Notes: generated from the sequence alone by a model not told the origin. A DNA stretch of 64,000 nucleotides from an uncultured bacterium (GCA_963780225.1 CAWAAX010000016.1:66505-130504); one strand, 5' to 3'; positions 28,415 to 39,006 are shown, counted from the first letter of the stretch. Program-made: numbers and translations.

Positions 28415-29766
28415 CGGGAGACCACGGTTTTGCCGGTGGAAATGCTGGTTTGGGCCGTACCGCTTTGTTCGATCTTGATGATATACAACCCATTTGGCAC
28501 CAAGTTTCCCTTCAAATCCCGGGAATTCCAGTTCAGAGCATCCGAAGGATTTGTTAAATAATTTTCCCATATTTTACTGCCAGCCACATCGTAAATAACA
28601 GCCCTGACATTGGTGGCTCCCTTTACCGGCGGATATACAATTTGACAGCTTTCCACCACCGGGGTGGGCCAGGTTATCACTTTTGCCTTGGCGTCATCCG
28701 GCAGGACGTCAATGAATAACGGGCTGGTCCAGGCCAGGCTGGTGTCGGCTTGAACAGTTTTTACGAAAAAGTAATGCTTGCCGCTTGGCACTGCCTTGCT
28801 CAGGTTCCATACTGTATCCCGGTCGTTCAGGATAAGCGAATCAGATATTTGCCCGTCGGTGTAGATGTAGATCCTGTTGAATTCAATTGAATCCGCCCTG
28901 ACCCCGACCTGGAAAGACAGTATGGAACTGGACGTAACATAATGTTCTCCCTGCCAGCGCTCGCTTGACATCAATGACACTTCAATCCGGCCGGCAGCAG
29001 GACGCGACAATCTGGCAAAAGTGCGACTGGCTTGCAGCGCTTCCAAAATTGAGGCTTTGGTAAGGGTATCCGCCCAGATGCCGGTTAAGGGTATCCTGCC
29101 GTCATCATTGATCCGGTTACCCCAGTTCCGGTCGTGGTTGTCCTGGTTGGCCGAAGCCCCCACCTGCCATCCGTTATTAAGGGCCTTCAGGTATTCATTT
29201 TCATAAATGTAATCGCCGTTGACTATCTCCAGCAGGTCCATAGCCTGTACAAAGTCAGGATAATAACGGAGGTCCATAAAGTTGGGACAATCGTTGGATC
29301 CCGGAACCGGATGGTTGAACATGGCGGGAAGCTCTAAAGTTTCTATCAGTTGATAGGTCCCTAAAAGATCACCGTAGTCATAAGACAAAAGTACTGACGT
29401 GTCGAATACGTTGATGTGTCCAAAACCGGCAGCGCTCCACCGCCCTATTTCCTGCCCGGCCAAGGCCAGGAACCGGCCGGGGACGGAAAAAGTATCCGCC
29501 ACCAAACGGGTATTTTGATACTCATTGGGGCTTATGGAATAATCGGTGTAATTGCTATGGTCGGTCAAAGCCTGAATGTCTATCCTGGCCACATCCCGGG
29601 CATGGGCAAAGGCGGTATCGGGGGTGCTTTCACCGTCGGAATACCCGGTATGGGCATGCAGATTGGCAGAAAAACATTTGAACTCGGCCCTGGCTATTCC
29701 ATAGAACAGAAATGCCGACCAGATGACCAGGCCTGTTTGCAATAAGCGTTTCATTGTGCCCTCCAT
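28411..29766 (-). CDS. PHP-domain metal-dependent phosphoesterase with a T9SS type C-terminal sorting domain
   Basis: PHP motif LHAHTGYSDG. The C-terminus GLYIIKIEQSGTAQTSISTGKTVV resembles a Por secretion tail. Confidence 0.7.
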   Translation of the reverse strand: MEGTMKRLLQTGLVIWSAFLFYGIARAEFKCFSANLHAHTGYSDGESTPDTAFAHARDVARIDIQALTDHSNYTDYSISPNEYQNTRLVADTFSVPGRFLALAGQEIGRWSAAGFGHINVFDTSVLLSYDYGDLLGTYQLIETLELPAMFNHPVPGSNDCPNFMDLRYYPDFVQAMDLLEIVNGDYIYENEYLKALNNGWQVGASANQDNHDRNWGNRINDDGRIPLTGIWADTLTKASILEALQASRTFARLSRPAAGRIEVSLMSSERWQGEHYVTSSSILSFQVGVRADSIEFNRIYIYTDGQISDSLILNDRDTVWNLSKAVPSGKHYFFVKTVQADTSLAWTSPLFIDVLPDDAKAKVITWPTPVVESCQIVYPPVKGATNVRAVIYDVAGSKIWENYLTNPSDALNWNSRDLKGNLVPNGLYIIKIEQSGTAQTSISTGKTVVSR

Positions 29767-30590
29767 TTATAAGCCAGGCCAAGTTGGTGATTCCCGGAAA
29801 ACTCCTGATGTCCGCCTTCATAAGCATACCCCAACGTTAGGCCGGATGCGGTAATGTCCGTTCCCAGCGAATATAGCGTCACCCTGCCCTGGTGGGTCAG
29901 GCCGCCGCGTAGGTTAAAGACATTTTGTTTAACCGCCCATTCAGTTCCGATCTTGTAACATGCGGTATGGCCGGGCTCTTTGACGGTTTCCGCCGAACCC
30001 GTCCAACTGGACAGAGGCTGGCAAGCCAGTCCTACGGCAATGCCGCTGGGAAGTTCATATGGGGACTTCGTCCCAAAAGATGGATGATTCAAATTGTGCC
30101 CGAAACACCCAACCCTCCACAGGCGGTGGACCCTGGCTAATAGCCCTACGTCCACCCCGGCTGAATAGGCAGGGCCAGGCAGGTTCCGGTCAAGACGATA
30201 AAGATTCAGATTGTAGCCGAATGAGAATTGGTCCGTCATGCCGAAGCCGTGGGCAAAAACAAACGACTGGTCGAATTCCGGTTCACTGCCGGTCAGTTGG
30301 ATCGCCAAGGCCATCCCTCCCCACCGGCTCATGTTTTTACCCAGGCTGGCTGTTGTATTCGCCAGTCCGGAAATCCCCGTTCTGCTGCCAAGATTGGCTT
30401 GTGCCTGCCAGCCTGCCAGGCCGGCAAGTCCGGCTGGATTCCACAGGATGGCGTCCAGCCCTTCCGCCACTCCCGTATAAGCCCCGGCCATTCCTTTTGC
30501 CCGGCACCCCGTCTGCCAGTCTCCAAAAGCTGCGTAAGTAAGGCTCTGAAAGACTGAAAAAACAAACAATATGATAGCGGTATTTTTCAT
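29751..30590 (-). CDS. Outer-membrane beta-barrel protein (PorP/SprF- or PorV-like)
   Basis: Signal peptide. Beta-strand periodicity. Ends in aromatic-rich strands (YKWRAQ). Confidence 0.55.
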   Translation of the reverse strand: MKNTAIILFVFSVFQSLTYAAFGDWQTGCRAKGMAGAYTGVAEGLDAILWNPAGLAGLAGWQAQANLGSRTGISGLANTTASLGKNMSRWGGMALAIQLTGSEPEFDQSFVFAHGFGMTDQFSFGYNLNLYRLDRNLPGPAYSAGVDVGLLARVHRLWRVGCFGHNLNHPSFGTKSPYELPSGIAVGLACQPLSSWTGSAETVKEPGHTACYKIGTEWAVKQNVFNLRGGLTHQGRVTLYSLGTDITASGLTLGYAYEGGHQEFSGNHQLGLAYKWRAQ

Positions 30591-30725
30591 GTCCTGCTGG
30601 CAGTATAGTTAGTGTTGGGACTGATTTTCAATAATACCGGATTAATCAGGTCAAGTCAATAGACATAAACAAAAGGAAGAGATATTGTATGGTATCTCTT
30701 CCTTTGTGCAACAAACATTTTGCGT

Positions 30726-31721
30726 TTACCTGACCACCAGTATTTTTTGGACCACCGACTTATTCCCGGCCAACAATTGATATAAATATATTCCGGCGGG
30801 AACCGCATTGCCTTTGGAATCTTTAAGGTTCCAGTTTAGTCTATGGAGCCCGGCTGTCTTGTAACCGCTGGCCAGTGACGTGATCTTTTGCCCGGCGATG
30901 TTGAATATGGAAAACTCTACCCTGGCGGGACCGGGAAGTTTGAATGATATATGAGATCCCTGATTTGCCGGGTTGGGCCAGGCATTCAGTGAAAATGATT
31001 CCGGCAGGTTTGGATCGCCGGGGCTTCCCTCCACCCCGGTAACATTAAAGGGCCCGGTTGGCATGGTCTGCCTGGTGGTATTGTGGCGCAATGTCCAGTT
31101 GGCCGAATCGCTGATGGCCGACAATAATTCTTCTTTTGTTCCGGAGGTGATCCCGTTATAGGCATAATTGTCGTAATGCGAAAGTGCTATAGCTGTATAG
31201 CCATTGGCTAGACCCTCTGGCAAAGCAGAGGTGCGCGAACTCCAGGCGTTGGCCTGCCATTCTGTTCCGGTATCGTTTACGGCATATATAAATGCCGGCG
31301 TGGCATCGCTACCTTGGAAAGCAAGTATTTGTTCACCATCTGTTGCCAACAGCAAGCTGCTGGTTATTAGCGTACTCGTGTATTTCGCAAAATCAGAGAA
31401 GGCAACATTCGTGCTGTCATAGGCGATCACTGTCCCTGCCGTCAGGGCAGTTGGAGCGGTATAGATGACGGCACCTTCGCCCGCCCGAAACTTCAGCGAG
31501 TCGCTTTCCCAGCCGCAATCGGTAAAAATGATCTGGGTCCCGGCAGCTGCAGGCACTAAAAGAACAAAGGCAAAGACATCCGGGTTATCGGTATTCATTC
31601 CGATTATGGCGATATCTCCGGCCTGCAAAGCGGTCTGGGCGGATACATTACCAGACATCAAAGAAGCCAGTAAAAACAGAAAGACCAGAGATAGTTTTTT
31701 CACAATATCTGCTCCTAACAT
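30726..31721 (-). CDS. Secreted protein with a T9SS C-terminal sorting domain
   Basis: Signal peptide. C-terminus PAGIYLYQLLAGNKSVVQKILVVR. Confidence 0.65.
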   Translation of the reverse strand: MLGADIVKKLSLVFLFLLASLMSGNVSAQTALQAGDIAIIGMNTDNPDVFAFVLLVPAAAGTQIIFTDCGWESDSLKFRAGEGAVIYTAPTALTAGTVIAYDSTNVAFSDFAKYTSTLITSSLLLATDGEQILAFQGSDATPAFIYAVNDTGTEWQANAWSSRTSALPEGLANGYTAIALSHYDNYAYNGITSGTKEELLSAISDSANWTLRHNTTRQTMPTGPFNVTGVEGSPGDPNLPESFSLNAWPNPANQGSHISFKLPGPARVEFSIFNIAGQKITSLASGYKTAGLHRLNWNLKDSKGNAVPAGIYLYQLLAGNKSVVQKILVVR

Positions 31722-31788
31722 AAAATAATTTATAGTTAAGACATCATGATAACATCAGTGGCCTTTGTCCAGACGGCTTTCAACATAT

Positions 31789-31930
31789 TGGTACCCCTGG
31801 GCCGAGTTCCCGCCAGCAGCAATAAACTGCTGCCTTGCGGCGGCGGATCAGCCGTCGCTTTGACATATATTATGTCTGCCGGCTGAGAACGGCCGACACC
31901 CCCGATTTATCGGGGTGCTCTATCCATCTG
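31789..31930 (-). repeat. tRNA-Arg-like pseudo-copy (D-loop to 3' end, aberrant anticodon arm, no 5' acceptor) carrying a 78-bp GC-rich insert after TTC in the T-loop; copy B of the tRNA-associated element
   Basis: Minus-sense reading: CAGATGGATAGAGCA-CCCCGATAAATCGGGG-GTGTC-GGCCG-TTC[insert 31809-31886]AACT-CGGCC-CAGGGGT-ACCA. The insert shares CCGCCAGCAGC and GCGGCGGCGGATCAGCCGTCGCT with copy A. Confidence 0.6.
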
Positions 31931-31958
31931 TATTTAAAAAAGAACAAAACAAAGATTA

Positions 31959-32035
31959 TGGTACCCCTGGGCCGAGTTGAACGGCCGACACACGGTTTAG
32001 GAAACCGTTGCTCTATCCATCTGAGCTACAGGGGC
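31959..32035 (-). tRNA. tRNA-Arg(CCT), CCA encoded
   Basis: Minus-strand cloverleaf. Acceptor GCCCCTG/CAGGGGT with a G1.U72 pair. Anticodon loop TTCCTAA. T-arm GGCCGTTCAACTCGGCC. Confidence 0.8.
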
Positions 32036-32161
32036 ACAGCACTTGGTATTATAGCAAAAAAAGCGGTGAATATGCAAGTCTGTAGTAAACCCCAAACTGA
32101 CCAATAACAAGGGGGCTGTCTTTTTGATCATGACAGTTTGGTGCTCCGCAGTAAAGTTAAC

Positions 32162-33880
32162 CTAAAACTCGCTTTCCAGCCCAAAATGCACCTTGCCGTT
32201 CAAAATACTGTCATCCCGGCCCAAACCATAAACAATGTTGATCCATCCTATCCTGGTGTCCAATTTAAAGCCAAACCCGTAACCGGATCGGTAACCGCGC
32301 AGGCTTCTTTCCCGGTCAAAAAAATATCCCAGGTCGGCAAAAGGAAACAGCATCAGGTTTTTTACCGGCATGTACCGGTATTCCAGATTGCCCCAGGCGA
32401 TCTGGTTGGCGATGAACTGCTCCTGATAATACCCCCTGAGCGAGGCCGTTCCTCCCATGGAAAACTGGTCATAGCGGGGAACCGGCTTTTCGCCGGTTAT
32501 TACCGCCCGGCTCCTGACAGCAAAATATATCTCCTGCCGGGAAAATATCCGTTTGCTGACAGCCATATCTCCGGTTACCTTGCTGACCGTGAGTGATTGT
32601 GAAGGCTGGTAATAGTTCTTTCTGCCGTAATCAGCTCCCAGTTTCAGGAACATATCGTTGAAAAACATTCCATCTTGGGACCTTTTCCATTCCAAAAGCC
32701 ATTTGGTCCCGTATTTGTTGCTTCTTTGATAGGTCAATGACGCGCCGGGTACTATTCTTTCGTATTCAGCCCCCACTCCGGCATTGAATCCTTCACCCAC
32801 CGGCATTTTTACCATCAGGCTGGCCGAGGTCTTGACATAAGCGGAATCCTCCACCATGTGCTTAAGTCCCGCCTGGGCTGAAGCGTCAAAGCCCAGCAAA
32901 AACGGCTCGGAATAATCGATCTCCAGCCGGCTATTCTCCTTTTGCGGACGCTCCCATTTGACTGAGGCGCTGCGGGCGGTTCCGGCGATGTTGCCCAGGA
33001 ACAGGTCCAGTGAACCGGCCAGCCAGCCGCTTTGCTCCGCGGTGGGCTGAAGGTAAGAGGCAGCCCCGAAGATCCGGTTGAACGGTGCTTCCCTGACATT
33101 GAAAATGACCTGCTGCCGCCCCGCCTCGGAACCGTTCAAAAGCAACGGAGTTTTGACCTCCGCAAACAATCCGGAACCATTCAGCCGTTCCAAAGCTTTC
33201 TCCAACGTCACCCGGCTGAAAGGCAGGCCGGATCTCAATCCGGATATTTTCTGCATAGTCCGGTCCTTGGTGGCCAGATTCCCCTGGAATAATATTTTAT
33301 CCAGCAGCACCCTGGCATTTTCTTGTATGCCGAATACGATCTGCAGGCGGTCATTTTCATATTTCAATTCCTTGAGCGATATTTCCGCCTGGGGAAAGCC
33401 GTTGTCGGCATAGGCCAAACTGACGGCTCGCATGTCACGAATGACGACGGCGCTGTCCAGAACCTGATCCCTTCCGGTAACTATCAAACCCTGAAGATAG
33501 TTGGTGCTGAGATAGCTGTTGCCCTCAAAAGATATTTCCCCCACCAGATAGCACGGCCCCTCATTTATCCTTACTGTGACTTGACTGCTGTCCCGGTTGT
33601 ATTCAACCCCGCATTCCGCCTGATAATAGCCGGCCCGCCGGTACCGGTCAATGATTTTTCGGCAGCCTGAAGCTGCATCCTCCCGGGCAGCCGGGTCCCC
33701 CCGGACAGTCCAGGCATCCAACAACTGCTCCCGGGTAAAATTGCTCCCGCCCTCAAAACGGATGCTGTCCTGTCTGATGGTCTGGCCGGAGATGCTTACC
33801 GCTGAAAGCAACAGGATAAATATGGCATTCAATATTATTCTTATCATATCAGAAACTGGCCCTGATCTCAGCCCTGGCAT
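32162..33880 (-). CDS. BamA/TamA-family outer membrane protein (Omp85, POTRA plus surface-antigen barrel)
   Basis: N-terminal POTRA-like repeats. C-terminal beta-barrel ending GLESEF. Length 572 aa. Confidence 0.75.
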   Translation of the reverse strand: MPGLRSGPVSDMIRIILNAIFILLLSAVSISGQTIRQDSIRFEGGSNFTREQLLDAWTVRGDPAAREDAASGCRKIIDRYRRAGYYQAECGVEYNRDSSQVTVRINEGPCYLVGEISFEGNSYLSTNYLQGLIVTGRDQVLDSAVVIRDMRAVSLAYADNGFPQAEISLKELKYENDRLQIVFGIQENARVLLDKILFQGNLATKDRTMQKISGLRSGLPFSRVTLEKALERLNGSGLFAEVKTPLLLNGSEAGRQQVIFNVREAPFNRIFGAASYLQPTAEQSGWLAGSLDLFLGNIAGTARSASVKWERPQKENSRLEIDYSEPFLLGFDASAQAGLKHMVEDSAYVKTSASLMVKMPVGEGFNAGVGAEYERIVPGASLTYQRSNKYGTKWLLEWKRSQDGMFFNDMFLKLGADYGRKNYYQPSQSLTVSKVTGDMAVSKRIFSRQEIYFAVRSRAVITGEKPVPRYDQFSMGGTASLRGYYQEQFIANQIAWGNLEYRYMPVKNLMLFPFADLGYFFDRERSLRGYRSGYGFGFKLDTRIGWINIVYGLGRDDSILNGKVHFGLESEF

Positions 33881-36800
33881 TGTGGATCGTTTTTTTCTGG
33901 GGTTCTTTTCGCCCGTCGTAGGCGGCCGATGCCGTCAAATAGTCATTTAACCTGTAATCACCCTGGAATTTCCAGCCCTGGCTCTGGCCGATGGAGCGGC
34001 TGACCGAGAACTCCAGCGGGATGGCGGTTTCAGACTGGTCGGCCCGGCGGTAAATTTGGCTGAATTCCATTCTCAGGCTGCCTTTAAGCCCTAGTTGGCG
34101 GCTGGCAAATGGCGATAGGGTTATCTCCCGGTAATTTACCCGGGGAATATCAAAATAGAATCCCTGCCTGAAAAGGTTTTCCCAAAGTAAGCTTGATTTA
34201 AGTCCCAGCTCGGTCTGTCGGCCGATAAAATAGCTGATCTCGGCTCCCGCTTTGGATCCCGTCCTTTCGCTTTCCAGGCCGGATTCCATCGACAATGTGC
34301 TGTTGTAATTCTGCTCGCCATAAGCCAGTCCCCTGGAAACCGGCCCAAGCTGGGCTGTGATCTCGGCCCGGCCCTCCCTGAAATTTACCGTGCTCCTGCG
34401 GTTCAGGTACTGATTGTCGTCATTCCTCCGGGTGCGGTAATGAAGCTTTAAATAATAGGGACCGGCCGGATAAAACCAAAGGTCTCCGGCCAGATCCAGA
34501 TTGGCCGAAAGATTGGCGGTTCTGTCCCAAAGCGCGCCCGGTGTAAACAGCATCATGGCTCCGGATAATTTGCGCCCCGTTTTCAGGGCGGCGGCACCGC
34601 TTAGGTCCAATTTTACCTTCTGATACCAAGGGCCGGGCATCGAGATGCCCGGGGAGTAACTAAGGTAGCTTTTGGCCGATAGTTCGGCCGCGATCGTCCC
34701 GGCCGGCTCTTCTTCGGTCTTTTTAAGGTAATTGCCAGCCGTATCCGGGAAATATGACCGGGTGGCAGGATCATAACTGTAATCGCCGGTCCGTTCCGAA
34801 ACCAGATAATAGGTCTCCCGCTTCAAACGTGTTTCGGCGCTGCTGACGGAATAATCCAACCCGGCTTTCAGCGATTGACCAAAGCCCTGGTAGTTGGTCC
34901 GCAACAGGCCCAGATGGGTGTTCAGATCTTGTCCCGTCATTCCCGGCCGGTAAGCCAGCCTCCGGTAACTGTGTTCCAGGTCTCCGGAAATGGCCCGGCC
35001 CGGCAACAGACCCAGTTTGGTGTTTAGTTCGGTGGTGTAGGACCTTGGTTTAAAGGTCTGTTCCAAAGGATCCTTTACCTGGTCCTCCTGGCGGGAGATC
35101 TTTAACCGGCCTTCGGTCAGAACGCCGCGCCTTCCTAACCCCAGCCCGGCCAGATAATATTTTTGCCCGTAACTATTGACCGGACCCCGGTCCACCTGGT
35201 CGGTTCCGGATGAGAGATCTGCCAGATAGTTCCACCGTAAAAATGAGACCCCGGCCTCGGCCTGGTGGACATCCCGCCTTCCCAGTGAGGTGGTTTCCGG
35301 CCAGGCCTGTCCCAGCAGATTCCTATTAAATCCATACTTTAGCAGATAGCCGGGAAGGGGGCGGAATTGCAGGCCGGCCTTGTAATTTCTGACCCATACC
35401 GGCTGCTCCAGGTCCAGGCGCCCCCATCCGGCCTGGACTTTCAGCATCTCCGGGCCCAGCCGTATCTCATATTCCGTGGTTCTCCGCAGCATCTCAATGT
35501 TCAGGTTTCTGTTCCCGTTCCAGGCATAAAGTTCCCAGCGCTTGATGAAATCCGGGTCGGCCGGCATCGCGCTTTTCTCAAAATCATGATCCACCGCCAG
35601 GGTCCGGCCCTTGACCTCGAAACCTCCCATCCAGAGGGTGTCCCTTTTCCAGTAAAAATCAGCCGCGCCGGAGTAACCCCGGTTATTGCCGTCGTCCCTG
35701 GCCGAAAGCAGGTTTTGATCCAGGTCGGTCCCGGCCCCCTCCAGATCTGCCCGGCCTCCCGGCCAGACCAGATAAGCGCCCGCAGTGTACAACCGGGATC
35801 GGGCCGGGGCTGCCAGTTTTTTGACGGCCAGGTAGTCGCCAAGATTCTTTCCGGTGTAGACCATGATGCCCAGGCTGTCGCGGTAGTCGCCCCGGCCGCT
35901 GTCCACTTTGGTGAAGGCTACCTGGTAATTGCCGGAATCGGCTCCGGCGTAGACATAGAAGGAATCCAGGAACAGATAACTGCCCTGGCCGGCCTCGACC
36001 GGTGTTCCTCCGTCGGCCCAGTACCCGGAGGTGTCGTCCCCGGCCAGATCAAGTACGTTCTTGTCCGACTGGCTCAGTTCTCCGGCCAAGGGACGATTGT
36101 AATCATCGCCTTCCTGCCGGTACCCTCCTTTGATGCTGAGATTTCCCCCCAACCCGGCCGTAACTGCGGCTGAATAAAAAGGCCTCTGGTAGTTTTGGCC
36201 GGAGTATTCAAACTCGGCCATGATCCTGGAATCGGAAGTTATCTGCCATTGGGGATTGAAGGTCAACAGCCCGGTCTCGTAATCAAGCTGGTAATCCTGA
36301 TGTTCCCCCCGTTTAAGCAATTGCCCGTTAAGCCAGATCCTTTCGGTGTTGGCCAGTATTTTCAAGCCGGATCCGCCGGAGACGGCGGTAAGCTGATAGG
36401 GTCCCTGCTTCCCGTTCTGCCCTGTGAGGCCGGTCCTGGCCTTTTGCCCTTTGGTAACGGCGGCCGCCAGGTCCAGGCTGTTCAGTTTTCCGGCAACCGC
36501 GGCCCTGACCCCCTGAAGCTGCCTTTTCATCTGAAAGTATGAGGTGCCCCTGTGATCCAGCTCGTAGTCGCCCAAAACAGCCTCCCAGAAGTTCCCCTGG
36601 GCCTTGATGTATACTTTTTCGATCTGGCTGAGGTCTTCGGTGCTTCCGGATGACGACAACGGCATGTTTTGGTCGGAAAGAAAAGCGTTCACCTTAAGGG
36701 CCGGGCTTAATTGCCCGTCAATGCTTACCTGTAGGGCCTGCTCCAGCGAAAAATCCCGGCCCGATCCGGCCGAGATCCCCAGCGACTTGCTGCCTCCGAA

Positions 36801-37247
36801 TCGCACTTGTCCGCTTTTTTCATTAAGCCAGCTGTTATAGGTCTGGGCGGCCGACGGGTCAAAACCGGCCAGGGCCTCCACCGTATCCGGGATATTTGCA
36901 GAGACTGGGGACAGAGGCAGGTAGACGATTTTTACCGGCAGACTGAAGGGAAGTGTCCGGTAACGGGATTCCACCGTATCGGATGTTTTAAGTCTGGAGG
37001 GAAAGTAAATTTCGCCGGTACGGCAATCCAGGGCATAATCAAGATTGGGAACCATCAGGCTGTCGTTCAAAAGCATCGAATCGCTGCCTTTGATGATGTT
37101 CCGGTGAGGCAGCTGGTAAGAATTGCCGGAAAACCCTCCCGGAATGACAACCCTGGCCCTCCCTGCTGCTGTCTGGCCGTGTGAGAAGGAAGAGCAGAAG
37201 GTTATCATTAGTATGATCAGAAAATATTTTATTAAGAACGTCCTCAT
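33849..37247 (-). CDS. Very large (1132 aa) outer-membrane beta-barrel protein of unknown function, co-directional with and overlapping the start of bamA
   Basis: Signal peptide. Beta-strand-rich throughout. C-terminal RAEIRASF. Confidence 0.55.
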   Translation of the reverse strand: MRTFLIKYFLIILMITFCSSFSHGQTAAGRARVVIPGGFSGNSYQLPHRNIIKGSDSMLLNDSLMVPNLDYALDCRTGEIYFPSRLKTSDTVESRYRTLPFSLPVKIVYLPLSPVSANIPDTVEALAGFDPSAAQTYNSWLNEKSGQVRFGGSKSLGISAGSGRDFSLEQALQVSIDGQLSPALKVNAFLSDQNMPLSSSGSTEDLSQIEKVYIKAQGNFWEAVLGDYELDHRGTSYFQMKRQLQGVRAAVAGKLNSLDLAAAVTKGQKARTGLTGQNGKQGPYQLTAVSGGSGLKILANTERIWLNGQLLKRGEHQDYQLDYETGLLTFNPQWQITSDSRIMAEFEYSGQNYQRPFYSAAVTAGLGGNLSIKGGYRQEGDDYNRPLAGELSQSDKNVLDLAGDDTSGYWADGGTPVEAGQGSYLFLDSFYVYAGADSGNYQVAFTKVDSGRGDYRDSLGIMVYTGKNLGDYLAVKKLAAPARSRLYTAGAYLVWPGGRADLEGAGTDLDQNLLSARDDGNNRGYSGAADFYWKRDTLWMGGFEVKGRTLAVDHDFEKSAMPADPDFIKRWELYAWNGNRNLNIEMLRRTTEYEIRLGPEMLKVQAGWGRLDLEQPVWVRNYKAGLQFRPLPGYLLKYGFNRNLLGQAWPETTSLGRRDVHQAEAGVSFLRWNYLADLSSGTDQVDRGPVNSYGQKYYLAGLGLGRRGVLTEGRLKISRQEDQVKDPLEQTFKPRSYTTELNTKLGLLPGRAISGDLEHSYRRLAYRPGMTGQDLNTHLGLLRTNYQGFGQSLKAGLDYSVSSAETRLKRETYYLVSERTGDYSYDPATRSYFPDTAGNYLKKTEEEPAGTIAAELSAKSYLSYSPGISMPGPWYQKVKLDLSGAAALKTGRKLSGAMMLFTPGALWDRTANLSANLDLAGDLWFYPAGPYYLKLHYRTRRNDDNQYLNRRSTVNFREGRAEITAQLGPVSRGLAYGEQNYNSTLSMESGLESERTGSKAGAEISYFIGRQTELGLKSSLLWENLFRQGFYFDIPRVNYREITLSPFASRQLGLKGSLRMEFSQIYRRADQSETAIPLEFSVSRSIGQSQGWKFQGDYRLNDYLTASAAYDGRKEPQKKTIHNARAEIRASF

Positions 37248-38107
37248 TCTTCGCTGACATTGAACAAATATTGGCCCGAGACCGCAAAAATGCCGCCGAA
37301 AGAATTGCAGGCCACGGACAAGGGGGCGGCAATTGGGCAGCCAGTCCCGGGGTTGATCCCTGAAGGCTTGATCTCAAAGGAGCTGAGCCGGCCTTTGTCC
37401 TTTTCGCAGACCCAGAGAACCGGGGACCCCGTCTCAAAACAGATTGAGGACGGTGAACCCGAAGGAAAAGCATCGATCTTCCCCAGATAGCTACCGTAGA
37501 TGTTAAATACCGTGATCTTTTGGGCCCGGGCGTCGGCGGCGGCCAGGACGGTCCCCGCTCCGTCAACTGCCAGGGCGGTAGGCCACTGCAGGCCTGAATT
37601 ACCGGACATAAGCCGGAACCGCCGGACCTCCTTTCCCTGATTATCCAGGACCACCACCGTGTTGGCCAGATTGTCCAGCAGATACAGGCTGCCGTCCTTA
37701 AGTACCGCGCCGGAAACAAAAGAGCTTCCCGAATAGGAAATGGTGTTTTGTTTTTGCCCCCAGATATCATAGTATTGGATATTTTTATTCAGGTCATCCA
37801 CCAGGTAAATGCCGTTGGCTTGGCCGTTGAGCAAAAAACTGCGGGCTGAGGGCATGGCGGATTCATAATTCAGGCTGCCGTCGCTTTTGTAGCTGACTAT
37901 GCGCCATCCTCCGGCGTCGGTGATGAACACGTCTCCCCGGAGATTGGAACACATGGACGGCCGGTCATCATTTATGCTTAGTTGGGCGGCCTTGAAAGCT
38001 TGCATGGATCTAATCTTGCCGCCGGGTTCCGGCCTCCTTTGCTCCACTATGGCAGTACAGGAGAGAACGCCCAGCGAACAGGCTAAAAGGCAGATCAGAT
38101 GTCTCAT
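37244..38107 (-). CDS. NHL-repeat / beta-propeller lipoprotein (start at MRHLICLL, lipobox LSC)
   Basis: Lipoprotein signal MRHLICLLACSLGVLSCT. Repeated NHL-like blades (SLYLLDNLANTVVVLDNQGK). Confidence 0.6.
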   Translation of the reverse strand: MRHLICLLACSLGVLSCTAIVEQRRPEPGGKIRSMQAFKAAQLSINDDRPSMCSNLRGDVFITDAGGWRIVSYKSDGSLNYESAMPSARSFLLNGQANGIYLVDDLNKNIQYYDIWGQKQNTISYSGSSFVSGAVLKDGSLYLLDNLANTVVVLDNQGKEVRRFRLMSGNSGLQWPTALAVDGAGTVLAAADARAQKITVFNIYGSYLGKIDAFPSGSPSSICFETGSPVLWVCEKDKGRLSSFEIKPSGINPGTGCPIAAPLSVACNSFGGIFAVSGQYLFNVSEE

Positions 38108-38202
38108 AAAATCCCTCACTTTCTTTAATACAGAAAATCCTCCGGCCTGATCACTGCTTTTGGCTGACGGAGGATGCTCTGAACATCGATTGATGGGCGG
38201 TT

Positions 38203-39006
38203 CTAAAAACTGCGTAAAAGAGCCAGTGTGATGGTTTCCGGCTGGTAGGAATAGCATTCCATTCTCCAGCCTGGTCCCTGGGTCAATTTGATCCTCTGTT
38301 TATTGTATCTTTTGGCCAGTCTGGCGGCATTAACGGCCGATAGCATGTGGTTAAGCACGGAAGCACCGACCGAATAGCTGATCCGGTGCAGGGCATTCCT
38401 GCTTTTGACCCTCAGGCCCCGGTAATAATACCATTGGTCGTAACTCTGCCATTCCCAGGAATCCTCTTCGGAATAAAGCTTATCGGCCACATATGCCTGC
38501 TGGGCGGCCGGATCGTAGGGATAAAGCTCCCGGGCCTGGCGCCACTGGTCTTCGTTGTACCAAAAACTATTTGGCCATTCATAAACGTTCTGATAATAAA
38601 AATCATCGGCCCGGCCGGAATTGGAGCCGGCCTCCTGGGCGGCGTAACTTATATAGTCGCGGCGTCGCATATCCCCCTGGTATTTGTTGAACAGGGCGGC
38701 CGACCAGATCACCGCCTCGGCGGCCACGAAACCTTTGGTATACCCTTTTTGGCCGACATAGTATTCTCCGGAACCCGGAACCAGCAAAGAAAGGAAAAAT
38801 GCCTTCCGGGCTGATTTCCTGTATTTCCTCGGAAGAACAGGTTTCCCGGCAATTGTCACCATCAAAGAGTCCGACAGGCCAGGGATGGCTTTCCCGATGG
38901 CGTCGGTTTGTTTCACACTGGAGCTGTCAATTGATTGAGTGGTCTGACCCTGGGCCTGAAAAGTACAAACTGCAATCAGCTCCATTAAAAATAATATTTT
39001 TTTCAT
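38203..39006 (-). CDS. Hypothetical secreted protein, Tyr/Trp-rich
   Basis: Signal peptide MKKILFLMELIAVCTFQAQG. No family motif recognised. Confidence 0.5.
   Translation of the reverse strand: MKKILFLMELIAVCTFQAQGQTTQSIDSSSVKQTDAIGKAIPGLSDSLMVTIAGKPVLPRKYRKSARKAFFLSLLVPGSGEYYVGQKGYTKGFVAAEAVIWSAALFNKYQGDMRRRDYISYAAQEAGSNSGRADDFYYQNVYEWPNSFWYNEDQWRQARELYPYDPAAQQAYVADKLYSEEDSWEWQSYDQWYYYRGLRVKSRNALHRISYSVGASVLNHMLSAVNAARLAKRYNKQRIKLTQGPGWRMECYSYQPETITLALLRSF

Noticed and set aside
31835-32107. 90-aa plus-strand ORF
   Set aside because: Overlaps tRNA-Arg(CCT) and the pseudo-tRNA copy on the opposite strand. Non-coding.
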